Virus record (IMG/VR): IMGVR_UViG_3300010413_002638
Coordinates: 1 to 64,000 of that record
Length of the DNA stretch: 64,000 bases
Direction: 5' to 3' (one strand)
DNA from: a virus
The notes under the pieces were generated by a model that saw nothing but the letters and a program-made list of their open reading frames with translations, did no database searches and was not told the DNA's origin. Each line of letters starts with the position of its first letter. Position 1 is the first letter of the stretch. Of this stretch, positions 29,871 to 39,131 are shown in pieces. Made by a program: the position numbers and the translations under genes.

Positions 29871-30290
29871 CTAAACATTGGGTTTAATGCGAACAGATGC
29901 CTTAGCAGCCGATATCTTCTTTACTTCTTCCGCCATCACTCCCTTCTCGATCAGCTTTTGGCGGATGGCAGGAGATTTCTCCAACTTCTCTTCATTGATG
30001 ACCAACACTTCTTTAGCCAGCCCCGTCTCCAACAACTTGGCCCGTAATTCCTGAGCCTGTGCCAATTTATCCTCGTTGAAAGTGAAAGCGACTTTCTCGC
30101 TGCCAGCTCGGGGGGCGGTAATATCGACCTTGCCGTAGCCTTCAACAACGATGTTCAATATTCTCCCATTAGCTAATACGCGCAGCTCTTCTTTCTTCGC
30201 CTCCAATTGCTCAGAAAGCTCGTTGTATTCGTTCTGTAATTTGATCGCTTCCCGTGCCAATTCTTGTTGGGCAGTTGCAGCAACAGACAT
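29871..30290 (-). CDS. Hypothetical protein
   Basis: GGAGG SD and an internal NEDKL/NEEKL duplication. Confidence 0.75.
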   Translation of the reverse strand: MSVAATAQQELAREAIKLQNEYNELSEQLEAKKEELRVLANGRILNIVVEGYGKVDITAPRAGSEKVAFTFNEDKLAQAQELRAKLLETGLAKEVLVINEEKLEKSPAIRQKLIEKGVMAEEVKKISAAKASVRIKPNV

Positions 30291-30312
30291 TTATGTCCTC
30301 CGTAGATAGCGT

Positions 30313-30621
30313 ATGAAGATTATAACCCAAGAAAGACGTGTCACCAGCTGCTTTCTGCAAGCTATCCCGCCACAGATAGAGCACTTTGACGCTTATATTT
30401 ACGCGATAGTGCCCAGGAAACCAGAAAAGGTAGTCCCCGAAGCAGAGTTCGGAAAAGAAGTCAGAATAGACCCATGTCGATTCGATTGGGAAACCAAGAC
30501 CATCCATATGCAAATCCCGCTAGACTTCAACGACGGGATCAACAATTTCGATGATCTGGACCCGAAATTCTACGAATCAATAGAAGTAGCATTTATATTA
30601 CTAATGCAGAATTGCGTCTAG
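30313..30621 (+). CDS. Hypothetical protein
   Basis: ORF fills the gap between convergent and divergent genes. Confidence 0.6.
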   Translation: MKIITQERRVTSCFLQAIPPQIEHFDAYIYAIVPRKPEKVVPEAEFGKEVRIDPCRFDWETKTIHMQIPLDFNDGINNFDDLDPKFYESIEVAFILLMQNCV

Positions 30622-31415
30622 CGACCAACACGTGGCATAATGCGATAATATTTCAGAGGACGAGGGCCATACAGACTTTGTTCGCCTGGTCCAGCTATCC
30701 CAGAAGCCGCCAAATGCCAAAAGGCCGTAGTGAGCACAACTTCGCCATGTTGTGCTAGATATAGAGCTATCAACCTCTCGAACATATGCGGTGTCCAGAA
30801 CCCAATATCACGTAAGCGCAGTTTGCTAGCCACCCGATATAGCTTCAACCCCAAAATGTCAAACATCTCACGCGAACAAGCAAATTGGTGTGAATAGATC
30901 AGCCTAGGTTGTAAATCCATCGCAAAATCATAAATGGCCGGATCATAACGCTTGATGAAATCCCAAACATGAATCTTATTGTCGAACGCATGTCTATGAA
31001 ACGGATCATGTTCAGGAGTGCATAAAGCATCATCTGGAACCAACCAGTCTTCCCATACACCCTTAAATCTCACCGGCGCTGTCAAACCAACAGCCGCATT
31101 CCGAATACCATCATTAATATTATCCCACGTGTCGTTCACATCGAAATGGCGTTCGATATCCGTGTGCATAATCGCCACAGAATCATCACCAATCAACTGA
31201 TCTGCATGCTCCCAAACCGTCAAAATGACGGAAGTCTCAAACAAGCACGAATTCCACGAAGCGTATGTTGGAAAGAAATCATTGGATTCAAACAGATCAA
31301 CACCAGACACCTTGGTCGTCCCGCAAGAGATACGGATAGGAGTCACATTATCGGCAAAGGCATCTGATGTCAGACTATCAGTGGATTGTGGATGACAAAG
31401 AATAATAGCTTTCAT
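30618..31415 (-). CDS. Hypothetical protein, possibly a glycosyltransferase
   Basis: HTD and ...FERL motifs resemble DUF4422-like GTs. Coupled to a GT gene. Confidence 0.5.
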   Translation of the reverse strand: MKAIILCHPQSTDSLTSDAFADNVTPIRISCGTTKVSGVDLFESNDFFPTYASWNSCLFETSVILTVWEHADQLIGDDSVAIMHTDIERHFDVNDTWDNINDGIRNAAVGLTAPVRFKGVWEDWLVPDDALCTPEHDPFHRHAFDNKIHVWDFIKRYDPAIYDFAMDLQPRLIYSHQFACSREMFDILGLKLYRVASKLRLRDIGFWTPHMFERLIALYLAQHGEVVLTTAFWHLAASGIAGPGEQSLYGPRPLKYYRIMPRVGR

Positions 31416-32251
31416 TTTATTCCACGCTCCTTATCTGACTTCAATGCTGCCTTACTGATACCCAGAGACTTGACGGTGACACAACATCCATCTTCGGCTT
31501 CTAACGACACAGGAATATAACTCGTCAATTCATCCTCTGCCCAGTGCATGTGAGTACCCAGCAATTCCGGAAAACTGCGTTTCCACTTATTGTGTAATAA
31601 TCGCATGAAATTCCAATATCTCGAATCACCAAGCATACTGGCAGAGTATTTCCCGAAATGAACTACCGGCAGATCAGCCGCGTATACATTATAGCCAGCG
31701 GCTCGAGCTGCCATACAGATATCAGCCCCATAGAAATGGAACCCATTAAAGTGAGGGTCGAATCGGAGACCAGTGGATTTATTCAGGACAAACACGCATT
31801 CATCAGCACAGTGGATCTTAGTGAGTTCCTTTATCCCATTCCAATAGGGCGGCTCCTTCAACAAGGAATCATCATTCCAGACCGAGCCAACCGCTACCGT
31901 ATCGACATGCAAGGCACCGCCCCATCCACCAATATCTGCTCTACCATAATTCAGTGAAATACCAGCTACTCCAATAATGGCCCATTTTTCTGCTTGTTCA
32001 ATATACGCTTGCAGGCGATCAAACCAATTGTTTAGGAGCATAATATCTTGATGAGCAATTACTATATTGTCGGTCTTCGCGACATTCAGCCCTACATTCA
32101 GAGCCAAGCTAGCTGAATATAAGTTGGAATCGTTTATGATTGGAATAATTTCTACGTCGTGTTGCTGCCGCTGTTCATAGACCGATCGCAGCAAGCATCT
32201 GTCGAAGATCTCTGGGTTGGAGACACAGCAAACGACGGAGAATTTAGCCAT
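31412..32251 (-). CDS. Glycosyltransferase-like protein (Glyco_tranf_2_5 type)
   Basis: SAS.ALN.G, IAHQD, GVAG, ADEC and FHFYGADIC motifs. Confidence 0.8.
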   Translation of the reverse strand: MAKFSVVCCVSNPEIFDRCLLRSVYEQRQQHDVEIIPIINDSNLYSASLALNVGLNVAKTDNIVIAHQDIMLLNNWFDRLQAYIEQAEKWAIIGVAGISLNYGRADIGGWGGALHVDTVAVGSVWNDDSLLKEPPYWNGIKELTKIHCADECVFVLNKSTGLRFDPHFNGFHFYGADICMAARAAGYNVYAADLPVVHFGKYSASMLGDSRYWNFMRLLHNKWKRSFPELLGTHMHWAEDELTSYIPVSLEAEDGCCVTVKSLGISKAALKSDKERGIK

Positions 32252-32280
32252 CAGCAAAATTACTGTAAAGGAGAATCAAT

Positions 32281-32505
32281 ATGGCAACGACGACAATCAC
32301 CAACACTTCGAACCAGGTGATTCCTATTCTGGTTGGATCGACCACGCTAGCCAAAGCTGATGCCTCTTCTTCGATTGCACCGCTCACCGCCGAGCAAACG
32401 AGAATAGCACCCGGTGCTCAACTCGTCATTGAGACATCGCGAGTTGATCTGGGACAGCTGGAACAATTGCGCCGAAAGAGTCTGATCACGTTCACTACCT
32501 TCTAG
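32281..32505 (+). CDS. Small hypothetical protein, paralog of 1687..1941
   Basis: AAGGAG SD and shared N.S.Q.IP..V...Q.R..PG...Q.E.L.R pattern. Confidence 0.75.
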   Translation: MATTTITNTSNQVIPILVGSTTLAKADASSSIAPLTAEQTRIAPGAQLVIETSRVDLGQLEQLRRKSLITFTTF

Positions 32506-32981
32506 TCTCTTTCGAACAGCACAAATCTGTCGTCCAGATATTTACGAAGTATTGGCAACACTTGCTTCTTGCGAAGATTGCCATTCTCACAACCAACTAA
32601 GGGTATGCCCACTGGTTTGACCAGACGCATACCCTTATTCTTAAATATATCCACCCAAACGACTAGTTGTGATGTGGACTTGCGTATCAACTCCAAGTCC
32701 GAATCTTGCTGCCAAGACATCCATGGCTGACCCGCTAATGGTTTAGTCGGAAAAAGAAATAAGCGGCCAGACTTATATGGTAGAACTGCCGTTTCATCGC
32801 GAAATTTCTTGCATTTAGCCCCATACCATCCGGCTAATTCTGGGTATTTGTCGGACGCAGCTCGAGCTATACCGGCACCCATGGGATTGCTGCCGTCTTT
32901 CTTCCAGCCGATATTTGTAGTAATGACGATCCAGCCACCTTCTGCATGATGAGTCCATATATCGCCAATCTTTTCTATCAT
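32502..32981 (-). CDS. Macrodomain (ADP-ribose binding/hydrolase) protein
   Basis: GDIW, IVITTN, MGAGIA, FPTK and IPLVGCENGNL motifs. Confidence 0.75.
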   Translation of the reverse strand: MIEKIGDIWTHHAEGGWIVITTNIGWKKDGSNPMGAGIARAASDKYPELAGWYGAKCKKFRDETAVLPYKSGRLFLFPTKPLAGQPWMSWQQDSDLELIRKSTSQLVVWVDIFKNKGMRLVKPVGIPLVGCENGNLRKKQVLPILRKYLDDRFVLFERD

Positions 32982-33616
32982 TTCACAAAGCTCTCCATAT
33001 CAATGAAAAAATCGGCATAATATTGCGATATAATACCCCGCTCCACTCCCAATATCCTGTGCAACCACTCCGGCGAATACTTGGCCCAGTAACCAGATGG
33101 CCTGCCGTCCAAACTAGATTCGTTTATCTTGGGTGTTTGGCGAAACTTTTCTTCATCAAAATCCACACCTATCTGTGTCAACACGTTGACGCAATCATCA
33201 ACCAAATTCTCAGTCCGCCCAACGAAATCGATCCCATTTGGTACAGAATCGATGTACATGTTATAGAGATACGTGAGCCAACCACTGGGCTTGTATTCAA
33301 AGACCCGACGGAGAAAATCCAAAAAATCATTAGATGCACAATTGTAATCAAGCGGATGTTCAACGTGCCAACCATGTTGCACTCGATGTACCCAACGAGA
33401 CTGGTACCAAGTCAGGGGATGGCGAACAAAAGCAAAAACAAACTTGCCGTCAAAAAAATCCTGTGGCTTCAATTCCATAATGTACGGAAAATGACTATGT
33501 TGCTCGCCAAGCTCTTCAAATGGAATATTATTTGTAGACATGGCATGGCGAAACCAAGTTCCGCCAGTCTTGGGAATATGAAGAAAAACTGCATTATTGT
33601 TTATCAATAGAGCCAT
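32978..33616 (-). CDS. Sulfotransferase (Sulfotransfer_2-like)
   Basis: FLHIPKTGGT (5'-PSB), FAFVRHP..WYQS (3'-PB) and DFVGRTENL motifs. Confidence 0.85.
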   Translation of the reverse strand: MALLINNNAVFLHIPKTGGTWFRHAMSTNNIPFEELGEQHSHFPYIMELKPQDFFDGKFVFAFVRHPLTWYQSRWVHRVQHGWHVEHPLDYNCASNDFLDFLRRVFEYKPSGWLTYLYNMYIDSVPNGIDFVGRTENLVDDCVNVLTQIGVDFDEEKFRQTPKINESSLDGRPSGYWAKYSPEWLHRILGVERGIISQYYADFFIDMESFVK

Positions 33617-33797
33617 GCGTGGTCAATGCTTCGCACATATGTCTAGCTATAGCACCGCAAACATCTTCACCGGGCAACTGATCCTTGATCTCAATACTAT
33701 TGAACGCTTTCCCGTTGAAATCGAATGCGAGATGGATAGAACAAACAGAGACTAGCCTATTACGAAGTAATTCATAGACATCATCGAACTGGGTCAT
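33594..33797 (-). CDS. Hypothetical protein
   Basis: Short coupled ORF. Confidence 0.55.
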   Translation of the reverse strand: MTQFDDVYELLRNRLVSVCSIHLAFDFNGKAFNSIEIKDQLPGEDVCGAIARHMCEALTTHGSIDKQ

Positions 33798-34738
33798 GAC
33801 AACATTCCTTGTGCCTCATCCGTGAAGCCAAGAGCACTAAACAAACCAGCTATCCGATGATGATATGTATGATTATTCAGCACATGTTGACGCTGTTGCT
33901 CAGCCACAGCTATTCGTGCCTCATCGTTTCTGATATAGTGATGACATTTTTGCACGTAATTTGCCTGGTCCCGTCCCATCTCGATACTAGGGATAATATT
34001 ATTCAGACGTGGTACCGGATCGTGCACTGCCAAACAACCACATAAAACCACTTTAAACACGCGCTCTGGAATATCTATACCATACTGTTGCGTATGACGC
34101 TCCGAAACGCAAGGCGCAACCTTACCACTGTTGAAAAAAGGAGTCACCTGGTCTTCCGATAGCCCACCTGAACACAACCCCTGGGGCCAATCACCCCAAC
34201 CATGTACCCTGAAGGAGACAGGACGCTTTAACATTGGAAACAGATAACGATCGATGGTCATAGCCTTATAGGCCCAACGACCGCCTAGATAGACAATATC
34301 CAACGGTCGATTCTTCCGGTCAACGTTGAGATGATAAATGACTCTGTCGGCAGCTGTCGGCATAGGTACCCAAGGAATCGATGCTTTGCCCGGCCAGTAG
34401 CTCCACAGCAGCTCGTCGGCTGGATAACCATAGCCAAACACGGCATTCGGTTTCTTGTCCAAAGTCCACCGAATGTTCGCTTCGGACTCGTTGATACCAT
34501 CGATGTTGACAGGCCCCCATGGGTTAACATGGATAGCAACTTTAGCTCTTCTGTTAGTAGGAATGGGTTGTTTGTGACCAGAACAGCCAATATACAGATC
34601 CGGATCAAATTGATGCCATGAAGATTCTTGCCCATCCCAACGCTCAGCCACATGTCCACGGTCTCGTAGACAATTGACCCAACCATCACTGATATAGCCA
34701 AAAGCGCCGCCGGGTCTGTGGCAAATCAAGACTTTCAT
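33794..34738 (-). CDS. GT-B glycosyltransferase (CgeB / Glyco_trans_1_2-like)
   Basis: DIVYLGG, VHGWGDW, ERVFK and HTYHHR motifs. Confidence 0.8.
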   Translation of the reverse strand: MKVLICHRPGGAFGYISDGWVNCLRDRGHVAERWDGQESSWHQFDPDLYIGCSGHKQPIPTNRRAKVAIHVNPWGPVNIDGINESEANIRWTLDKKPNAVFGYGYPADELLWSYWPGKASIPWVPMPTAADRVIYHLNVDRKNRPLDIVYLGGRWAYKAMTIDRYLFPMLKRPVSFRVHGWGDWPQGLCSGGLSEDQVTPFFNSGKVAPCVSERHTQQYGIDIPERVFKVVLCGCLAVHDPVPRLNNIIPSIEMGRDQANYVQKCHHYIRNDEARIAVAEQQRQHVLNNHTYHHRIAGLFSALGFTDEAQGMLS

Positions 34739-34965
34739 CAGTTTCCTACATCCACTGGCTCTGGTATTTGGGATTTAGTCGCAACGACTCTCAGTTGGCT
34801 CGGCTTAGCATACACTTTATAGTCGAACCCAACATTAATTACCAGCAAACCAGCTTCTTCGCTAATCACCCTGCCAGTGATGCCTTTGTTTCTGCAAAAG
34901 ACAGCCGCCAATTGGTCTGCTGTTTCGTTGAAAGCCACAATATCGCCAAAATTTATTGAGTCCAT
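34738..34965 (-). CDS. Hypothetical protein (SH3/KOW-like)
   Basis: Short coupled ORF. Confidence 0.5.
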   Translation of the reverse strand: MDSINFGDIVAFNETADQLAAVFCRNKGITGRVISEEAGLLVINVGFDYKVYAKPSQLRVVATKSQIPEPVDVGN

Positions 34966-36908
34966 TTTTGTATTTCCTCTTGCCACCCACATTCAAAAAG
35001 TCGTTGTTTTTGTAATTTGATTCTGTCCGGAATCGCTAGTTGGCAGAGCTTAGCTTCACGTTCCTTATTTTGTCGGTGGTGATCATTCCAATGTGCGACT
35101 CGCCCATGCCACATATGCAAAAAATCGAATACTCGACTTTCCACCCAATCACATCCCATAGAAAGTCTAGCATAAAAGTCGCAATCTTCGCAGCCATAAC
35201 CCCAATAATCCTCACAGAAGCCGCCTACCGCCCAATAGGTTGATCTCCGGCACGCCAATGAGCCTCCCTCAAAATACCCAACAATCCTTTCACAATTCAC
35301 GTTCTTGGTGACTTCTCTAGATTCACATATCAAATCGGTCGATGGCTGATCAGCATATAAAACTGTCTTGCCCATGTGGCAACCATCATGATTCTCTAGG
35401 ATATTAGCCACATTGGTCGTGTAATTGCCTTGAACGAGCATATCGGCATCATGGAGTATTATTTTGTCGGTCAGTGCTTTAGATACACCGTAGTTGAAAG
35501 CCAATGACTTGTTGAACAGCTCCGTGCGTTTGTCTGGCACCAAGTAATAGTAAATCGGCTTTATTTCTTCCAAGTTGATCTTGGTTGTTGTATCTTGCTC
35601 AACTAGGACAGTATGGATTACCGGGTATTGCTGAGCACGTATATTGTTGATAACCGATCTGATGCAAGCTTCTCGGCCAACATTTCGGAAAGGAACAACG
35701 TAAGTTACTTCCGGCATCCGCGATGATTCTGTCGGCCCACATCTTGTTGGTGTTCGCTTCTTAAAGAGGTCTTTGGCGTTCCTCAGATGGTCCGATTTAT
35801 GGTCTATCACCGATGTATCTGAATGCAAATGGAAATAAGCGTCAGAGCCAGCGGCATCCCAAAAGCCTGGTTGTTGTAAGCTGAACTCCCAGACTCGTTG
35901 GCTCCAATCTACGTGTTCCATGCCATAAAGACCATACTCCTCATTGAAGTACCCGCAAGTAGTCAACATATCTCGGTCGAATGCCAGCACCGCCCCGTGT
36001 GGCCGCTCATGGACTACTAATAAGTCCATATCTTTTACTCTGGTCAGAGTGCCACGGTCAGCACCATATACGCCCTCTTGGCGATACATGAAGTGATGCA
36101 TGCCGGTTCTTTGCATGGCTGCTACGTAAAAATGCTCCCATCCTTGTTGCAAGATCTCGATGTCATCATTCAGCATGAGACCATATTTGAAGCGTGATAG
36201 GCACCGTATCAATCTGTTGTGATTTCCAGCTACTCCTATTCGTTGTTGATTCTTGATGACTACAATACCACCCTGTGCAGTCAATTGGTCTAGGTATTCC
36301 AGCAGCTGTGGGTTGGTGCTACCGTCGTCGCTTATAAAGATTGTTGTCTTATGAACGTCAGTATTGGCGAGAACCGAATCAACCAATCTCTTTAGGCAAG
36401 ATAATCTGTTGTAAGAGAGGATGCCTACTCCGATGTTGTTGCTAATCGGGATCGTCGATTTGTCCAGATTCGCTCGAAGTAGAGCGGTGGCGTCGGCGTT
36501 TATACGACGTCCAACTATGCGAGTGCGTTTAGTTGGTGAAACATTTTGTCGTTGAACTTGTCGCGACCTGACTATCTTTTTGGCTCTATCAACTCGTTGT
36601 CTGCCGACTTTTCGGTCTTGGAGCGGAGGTGGAGGTGTTGGGGGTGGTGGGGGAGCAGCAGCTTTCTTGGTTGCTTTGTTCAGTTGTAGCTTGCTGCGAA
36701 TTTTGCCCGTTCGCGGGAATTTGGCTGCTGGTTTGGTAACTTGTGGTGTCGCACGAGTTTCGTTTACTCTGCGAATGTAGCCTCTGCTGATGTATTTGTC
36801 GAAGTATTCGTCCAGTACCACTTTTTGTTTGGCTCGGACTGTCACCTGCATGCCATTTTGGCCTATTAGGAAGACTGAGTAGGTATTAGGATTAATATAC
36901 TCAGGCAT
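34953..36908 (-). CDS. Bifunctional glycosyltransferase (GT2 + GT2/GT7-like) with a basic N-terminal extension
   Basis: First domain has ILSYNR, SDDGS and LNDD. Second domain has VVPFRN, VEQD, FNKS, HDAD and GGFCEDYWGYGCED. GGGAG SD before MPEY. Confidence 0.85.
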   Translation of the reverse strand: MPEYINPNTYSVFLIGQNGMQVTVRAKQKVVLDEYFDKYISRGYIRRVNETRATPQVTKPAAKFPRTGKIRSKLQLNKATKKAAAPPPPPTPPPPLQDRKVGRQRVDRAKKIVRSRQVQRQNVSPTKRTRIVGRRINADATALLRANLDKSTIPISNNIGVGILSYNRLSCLKRLVDSVLANTDVHKTTIFISDDGSTNPQLLEYLDQLTAQGGIVVIKNQQRIGVAGNHNRLIRCLSRFKYGLMLNDDIEILQQGWEHFYVAAMQRTGMHHFMYRQEGVYGADRGTLTRVKDMDLLVVHERPHGAVLAFDRDMLTTCGYFNEEYGLYGMEHVDWSQRVWEFSLQQPGFWDAAGSDAYFHLHSDTSVIDHKSDHLRNAKDLFKKRTPTRCGPTESSRMPEVTYVVPFRNVGREACIRSVINNIRAQQYPVIHTVLVEQDTTTKINLEEIKPIYYYLVPDKRTELFNKSLAFNYGVSKALTDKIILHDADMLVQGNYTTNVANILENHDGCHMGKTVLYADQPSTDLICESREVTKNVNCERIVGYFEGGSLACRRSTYWAVGGFCEDYWGYGCEDCDFYARLSMGCDWVESRVFDFLHMWHGRVAHWNDHHRQNKEREAKLCQLAIPDRIKLQKQRLFECGWQEEIQKWTQ

Positions 36909-36918
36909 CACTGGCTCC

Positions 36919-37551
36919 CTACCTGACCACTTGTACGTATAATGGCTGGTAGTTCCTAACAGATTCATATAATCGAAATCTGCTCGGCTTCAATACCAGA
37001 TCGCCTTCGTAGGTGCCGCGACCCTTCATAATGAATTCAATAGCTCTTTCATCAATGATTTCGGTCGTCAACACCTCTTGCGTTGGATAAATCCTGCCAA
37101 ATATATCCTTCACCATTCCCGGAGAGGCCATTTTATTCAACGATACTTGTACATCTACCAGTATTAGTTCTCCGTCATTTAAGGCGAAGAAGAACTGGGC
37201 TTGTTCTATTTTTATCAGACGCATTGTCTCGTAAAATGTAACCACGTCTTTTCGCACGAACTCGTTGGCAGCGATGGTGAGTTCGGAAGGGTCTTTGGCT
37301 ACAACGTCTATTTTGTTGCCCGCCCAATCCCCGCACATAACGACGACTTGGTCGTTCTTAGGTTGTCTATATATGAGAACAGCCAAACCAGTGTGACCGT
37401 AATGGCGAATGACGTAGCAGAAGATATCTTTTATATTAGGAGTACCCTCGAAGGGTAATAGAGTAGGATATTTCAATATCTGTGGTAGTTCAGACGTACC
37501 AGACGATCGCGTTTTGGGTGGGGTCGTGGTGCTGAATCGCGTATTTGCCAT
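36919..37551 (-). CDS. Hypothetical protein (start uncertain)
   Basis: ORF in the operon. Confidence 0.65.
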   Translation of the reverse strand: MANTRFSTTTPPKTRSSGTSELPQILKYPTLLPFEGTPNIKDIFCYVIRHYGHTGLAVLIYRQPKNDQVVVMCGDWAGNKIDVVAKDPSELTIAANEFVRKDVVTFYETMRLIKIEQAQFFFALNDGELILVDVQVSLNKMASPGMVKDIFGRIYPTQEVLTTEIIDERAIEFIMKGRGTYEGDLVLKPSRFRLYESVRNYQPLYVQVVR

Positions 37552-37789
37552 TGCGAGCCCGTTTTACTTCTGACAATTTCAACTTGATAGTCTCTTTGTC
37601 ATGGTCGGCTTCCGCCATTGTGAATAACAGGTAAGGTATACCAGCCATGAGCACGCACAGCTCATCGGTGGTTCGATCATAATTAACTACCAAGCCGTGC
37701 CAGGTGCTAAACCACTTGGACCAAACAAAATAATCTCCATAACATGGTGTATACTCTGCTCTGGGTTTATATTGAGCCAAGACCGGCAT
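37490..37789 (-). CDS. Hypothetical protein
   Basis: ORF in the operon. Confidence 0.6.
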   Translation of the reverse strand: MPVLAQYKPRAEYTPCYGDYFVWSKWFSTWHGLVVNYDRTTDELCVLMAGIPYLLFTMAEADHDKETIKLKLSEVKRARNGKYAIQHHDPTQNAIVWYV

Positions 37790-37796
37790 GGACTGA

Positions 37797-38309
37797 CTAG
37801 TTGTTTTCGATTCTGGTGAGTTTGTGCTCATAGATATCATATTTGTAAATGTATCCGTCATCTAGATTCCAACAAATATGTACTCCATCCCTATACCCAC
37901 CGAGCCACTGTGATATTAATGGATCAACCCATGTTTTACCGAGACTACCGGCACCGACGGCGGCGAACTTCATTGTCTTTCCATTTACTTCGACGCTCGC
38001 CGTGTCAGCGTATTTATCCTCCGACTCAATACGATTTCTTATAATATCCAGACCTTCTATCAACATATCTCGCTTGCTCTTGCTCTTAGTCGGAGCGGAG
38101 ACTCGGTACCGTTGTTCTGTTCCCGTCGTTTCGTCTTGGGCGGATACGATAGTACCAATAGGAATAGTGCGTTGCGTTGGATTTTTCTTGGGGTCCAGTT
38201 GTGCGACCAGGCGTTTGATGTCCTCGACCGTGTGCACCTCAACCGGTTTCAGGATGTTCGGACTCAATCGTTGTTGCTGCCTCGCCAAGGCTTTGTCCAA
38301 TTGTTCCAT
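37797..38309 (-). CDS. Hypothetical protein
   Basis: GGAG SD. Confidence 0.7.
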   Translation of the reverse strand: MEQLDKALARQQQRLSPNILKPVEVHTVEDIKRLVAQLDPKKNPTQRTIPIGTIVSAQDETTGTEQRYRVSAPTKSKSKRDMLIEGLDIIRNRIESEDKYADTASVEVNGKTMKFAAVGAGSLGKTWVDPLISQWLGGYRDGVHICWNLDDGYIYKYDIYEHKLTRIENN

Positions 38310-38700
38310 CTTCGTTCTCCGAGATTCGCAGCATTATATCTAGCGAACTAACACGCCCGCGACGAATTAATTCATACGCCACATGCAACCAATTTGCCAA
38401 TCGATGCAACACAAAAACAGCCACCAACCAATTTATGAAAGTATTATCAAATATTGGAGGAGCAAACAAACCAAAGAAGGCAGCAACCCATACGCTACTG
38501 CAATACCCACAGCTCCATAAATCGTCCACAAACACTTTGAATGACCGCAAAATGCCGCCCGACGGTGGTCTATCCAAGGGGTAGGTCCACTGTTTCCATT
38601 TATTTTGGAATGGACCTATAAGCTTAGACGAGGTCAGGATTTCTGTTGTTGCTTCCACCGCGATGGCTAACAGCAGCAGAATAAGAATGGTCTCTAGCAT
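38239..38700 (-). CDS. Membrane protein (DUF1360-like)
   Basis: Hydrophobic helices and a CGYCSSVWVA motif. Confidence 0.6.
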   Translation of the reverse strand: MLETILILLLLAIAVEATTEILTSSKLIGPFQNKWKQWTYPLDRPPSGGILRSFKVFVDDLWSCGYCSSVWVAAFFGLFAPPIFDNTFINWLVAVFVLHRLANWLHVAYELIRRGRVSSLDIMLRISENEDGTIGQSLGEAATTIESEHPETG

Positions 38701-38945
38701 TACAGGATATATCGACAGTTAGCATTGGAACACTGATTACGTTCTCGATTAGCAATATTTACCAGCATAGTGGGATAGCCGCACTTTGGGCATGTTTGGC
38801 GGGGAATCACGTATTGGCGATTTATTTCCACTTTCTGTCGTTGTGGGTTACGTGCTATCCGCTGAACCGCCACTTTCTTTGTGGGAGCAGCCTTGGGTAC
38901 TACTTGTTTGCGAATGCTACGACTACCACCACCACAACAACCCAT
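38700..38945 (-). CDS. Small basic Zn-ribbon protein
   Basis: MGCCGGG N-terminus and CPKC...C...C motif. Confidence 0.65.
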   Translation of the reverse strand: MGCCGGGSRSIRKQVVPKAAPTKKVAVQRIARNPQRQKVEINRQYVIPRQTCPKCGYPTMLVNIANRERNQCSNANCRYIL

Positions 38946-38947
38946 GA

Positions 38948-39118
38948 CTATGTCCTATTATCAGCACTGAATGCCGGTCGGGGAGCAGCACTGGTAGCAA
39001 GCAGCTTTCTTTTGACCGGCACTGGTATGTTTTTAGGTCTAGTTGGTCGTGGACTACCGGCGTTGTATTTCAACACTCGTAATGGTGCCGTACCTTTAGA
39101 ACAACTTCCGCAGCCCAT
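38948..39118 (-). CDS. Small basic 56-aa protein (below the ORF-track cutoff)
   Basis: GGGAGG SD. Translation MGCGSCSKGTAPLRVLKYNAGSPRPTRPKNIPVPVKRKLLATSAAPRPAFSADNRT fills the gap exactly. Confidence 0.6.
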   Translation of the reverse strand: MGCGSCSKGTAPLRVLKYNAGSPRPTRPKNIPVPVKRKLLATSAAPRPAFSADNRT

Positions 39119-39131
39119 AACTGCCTCCCAT

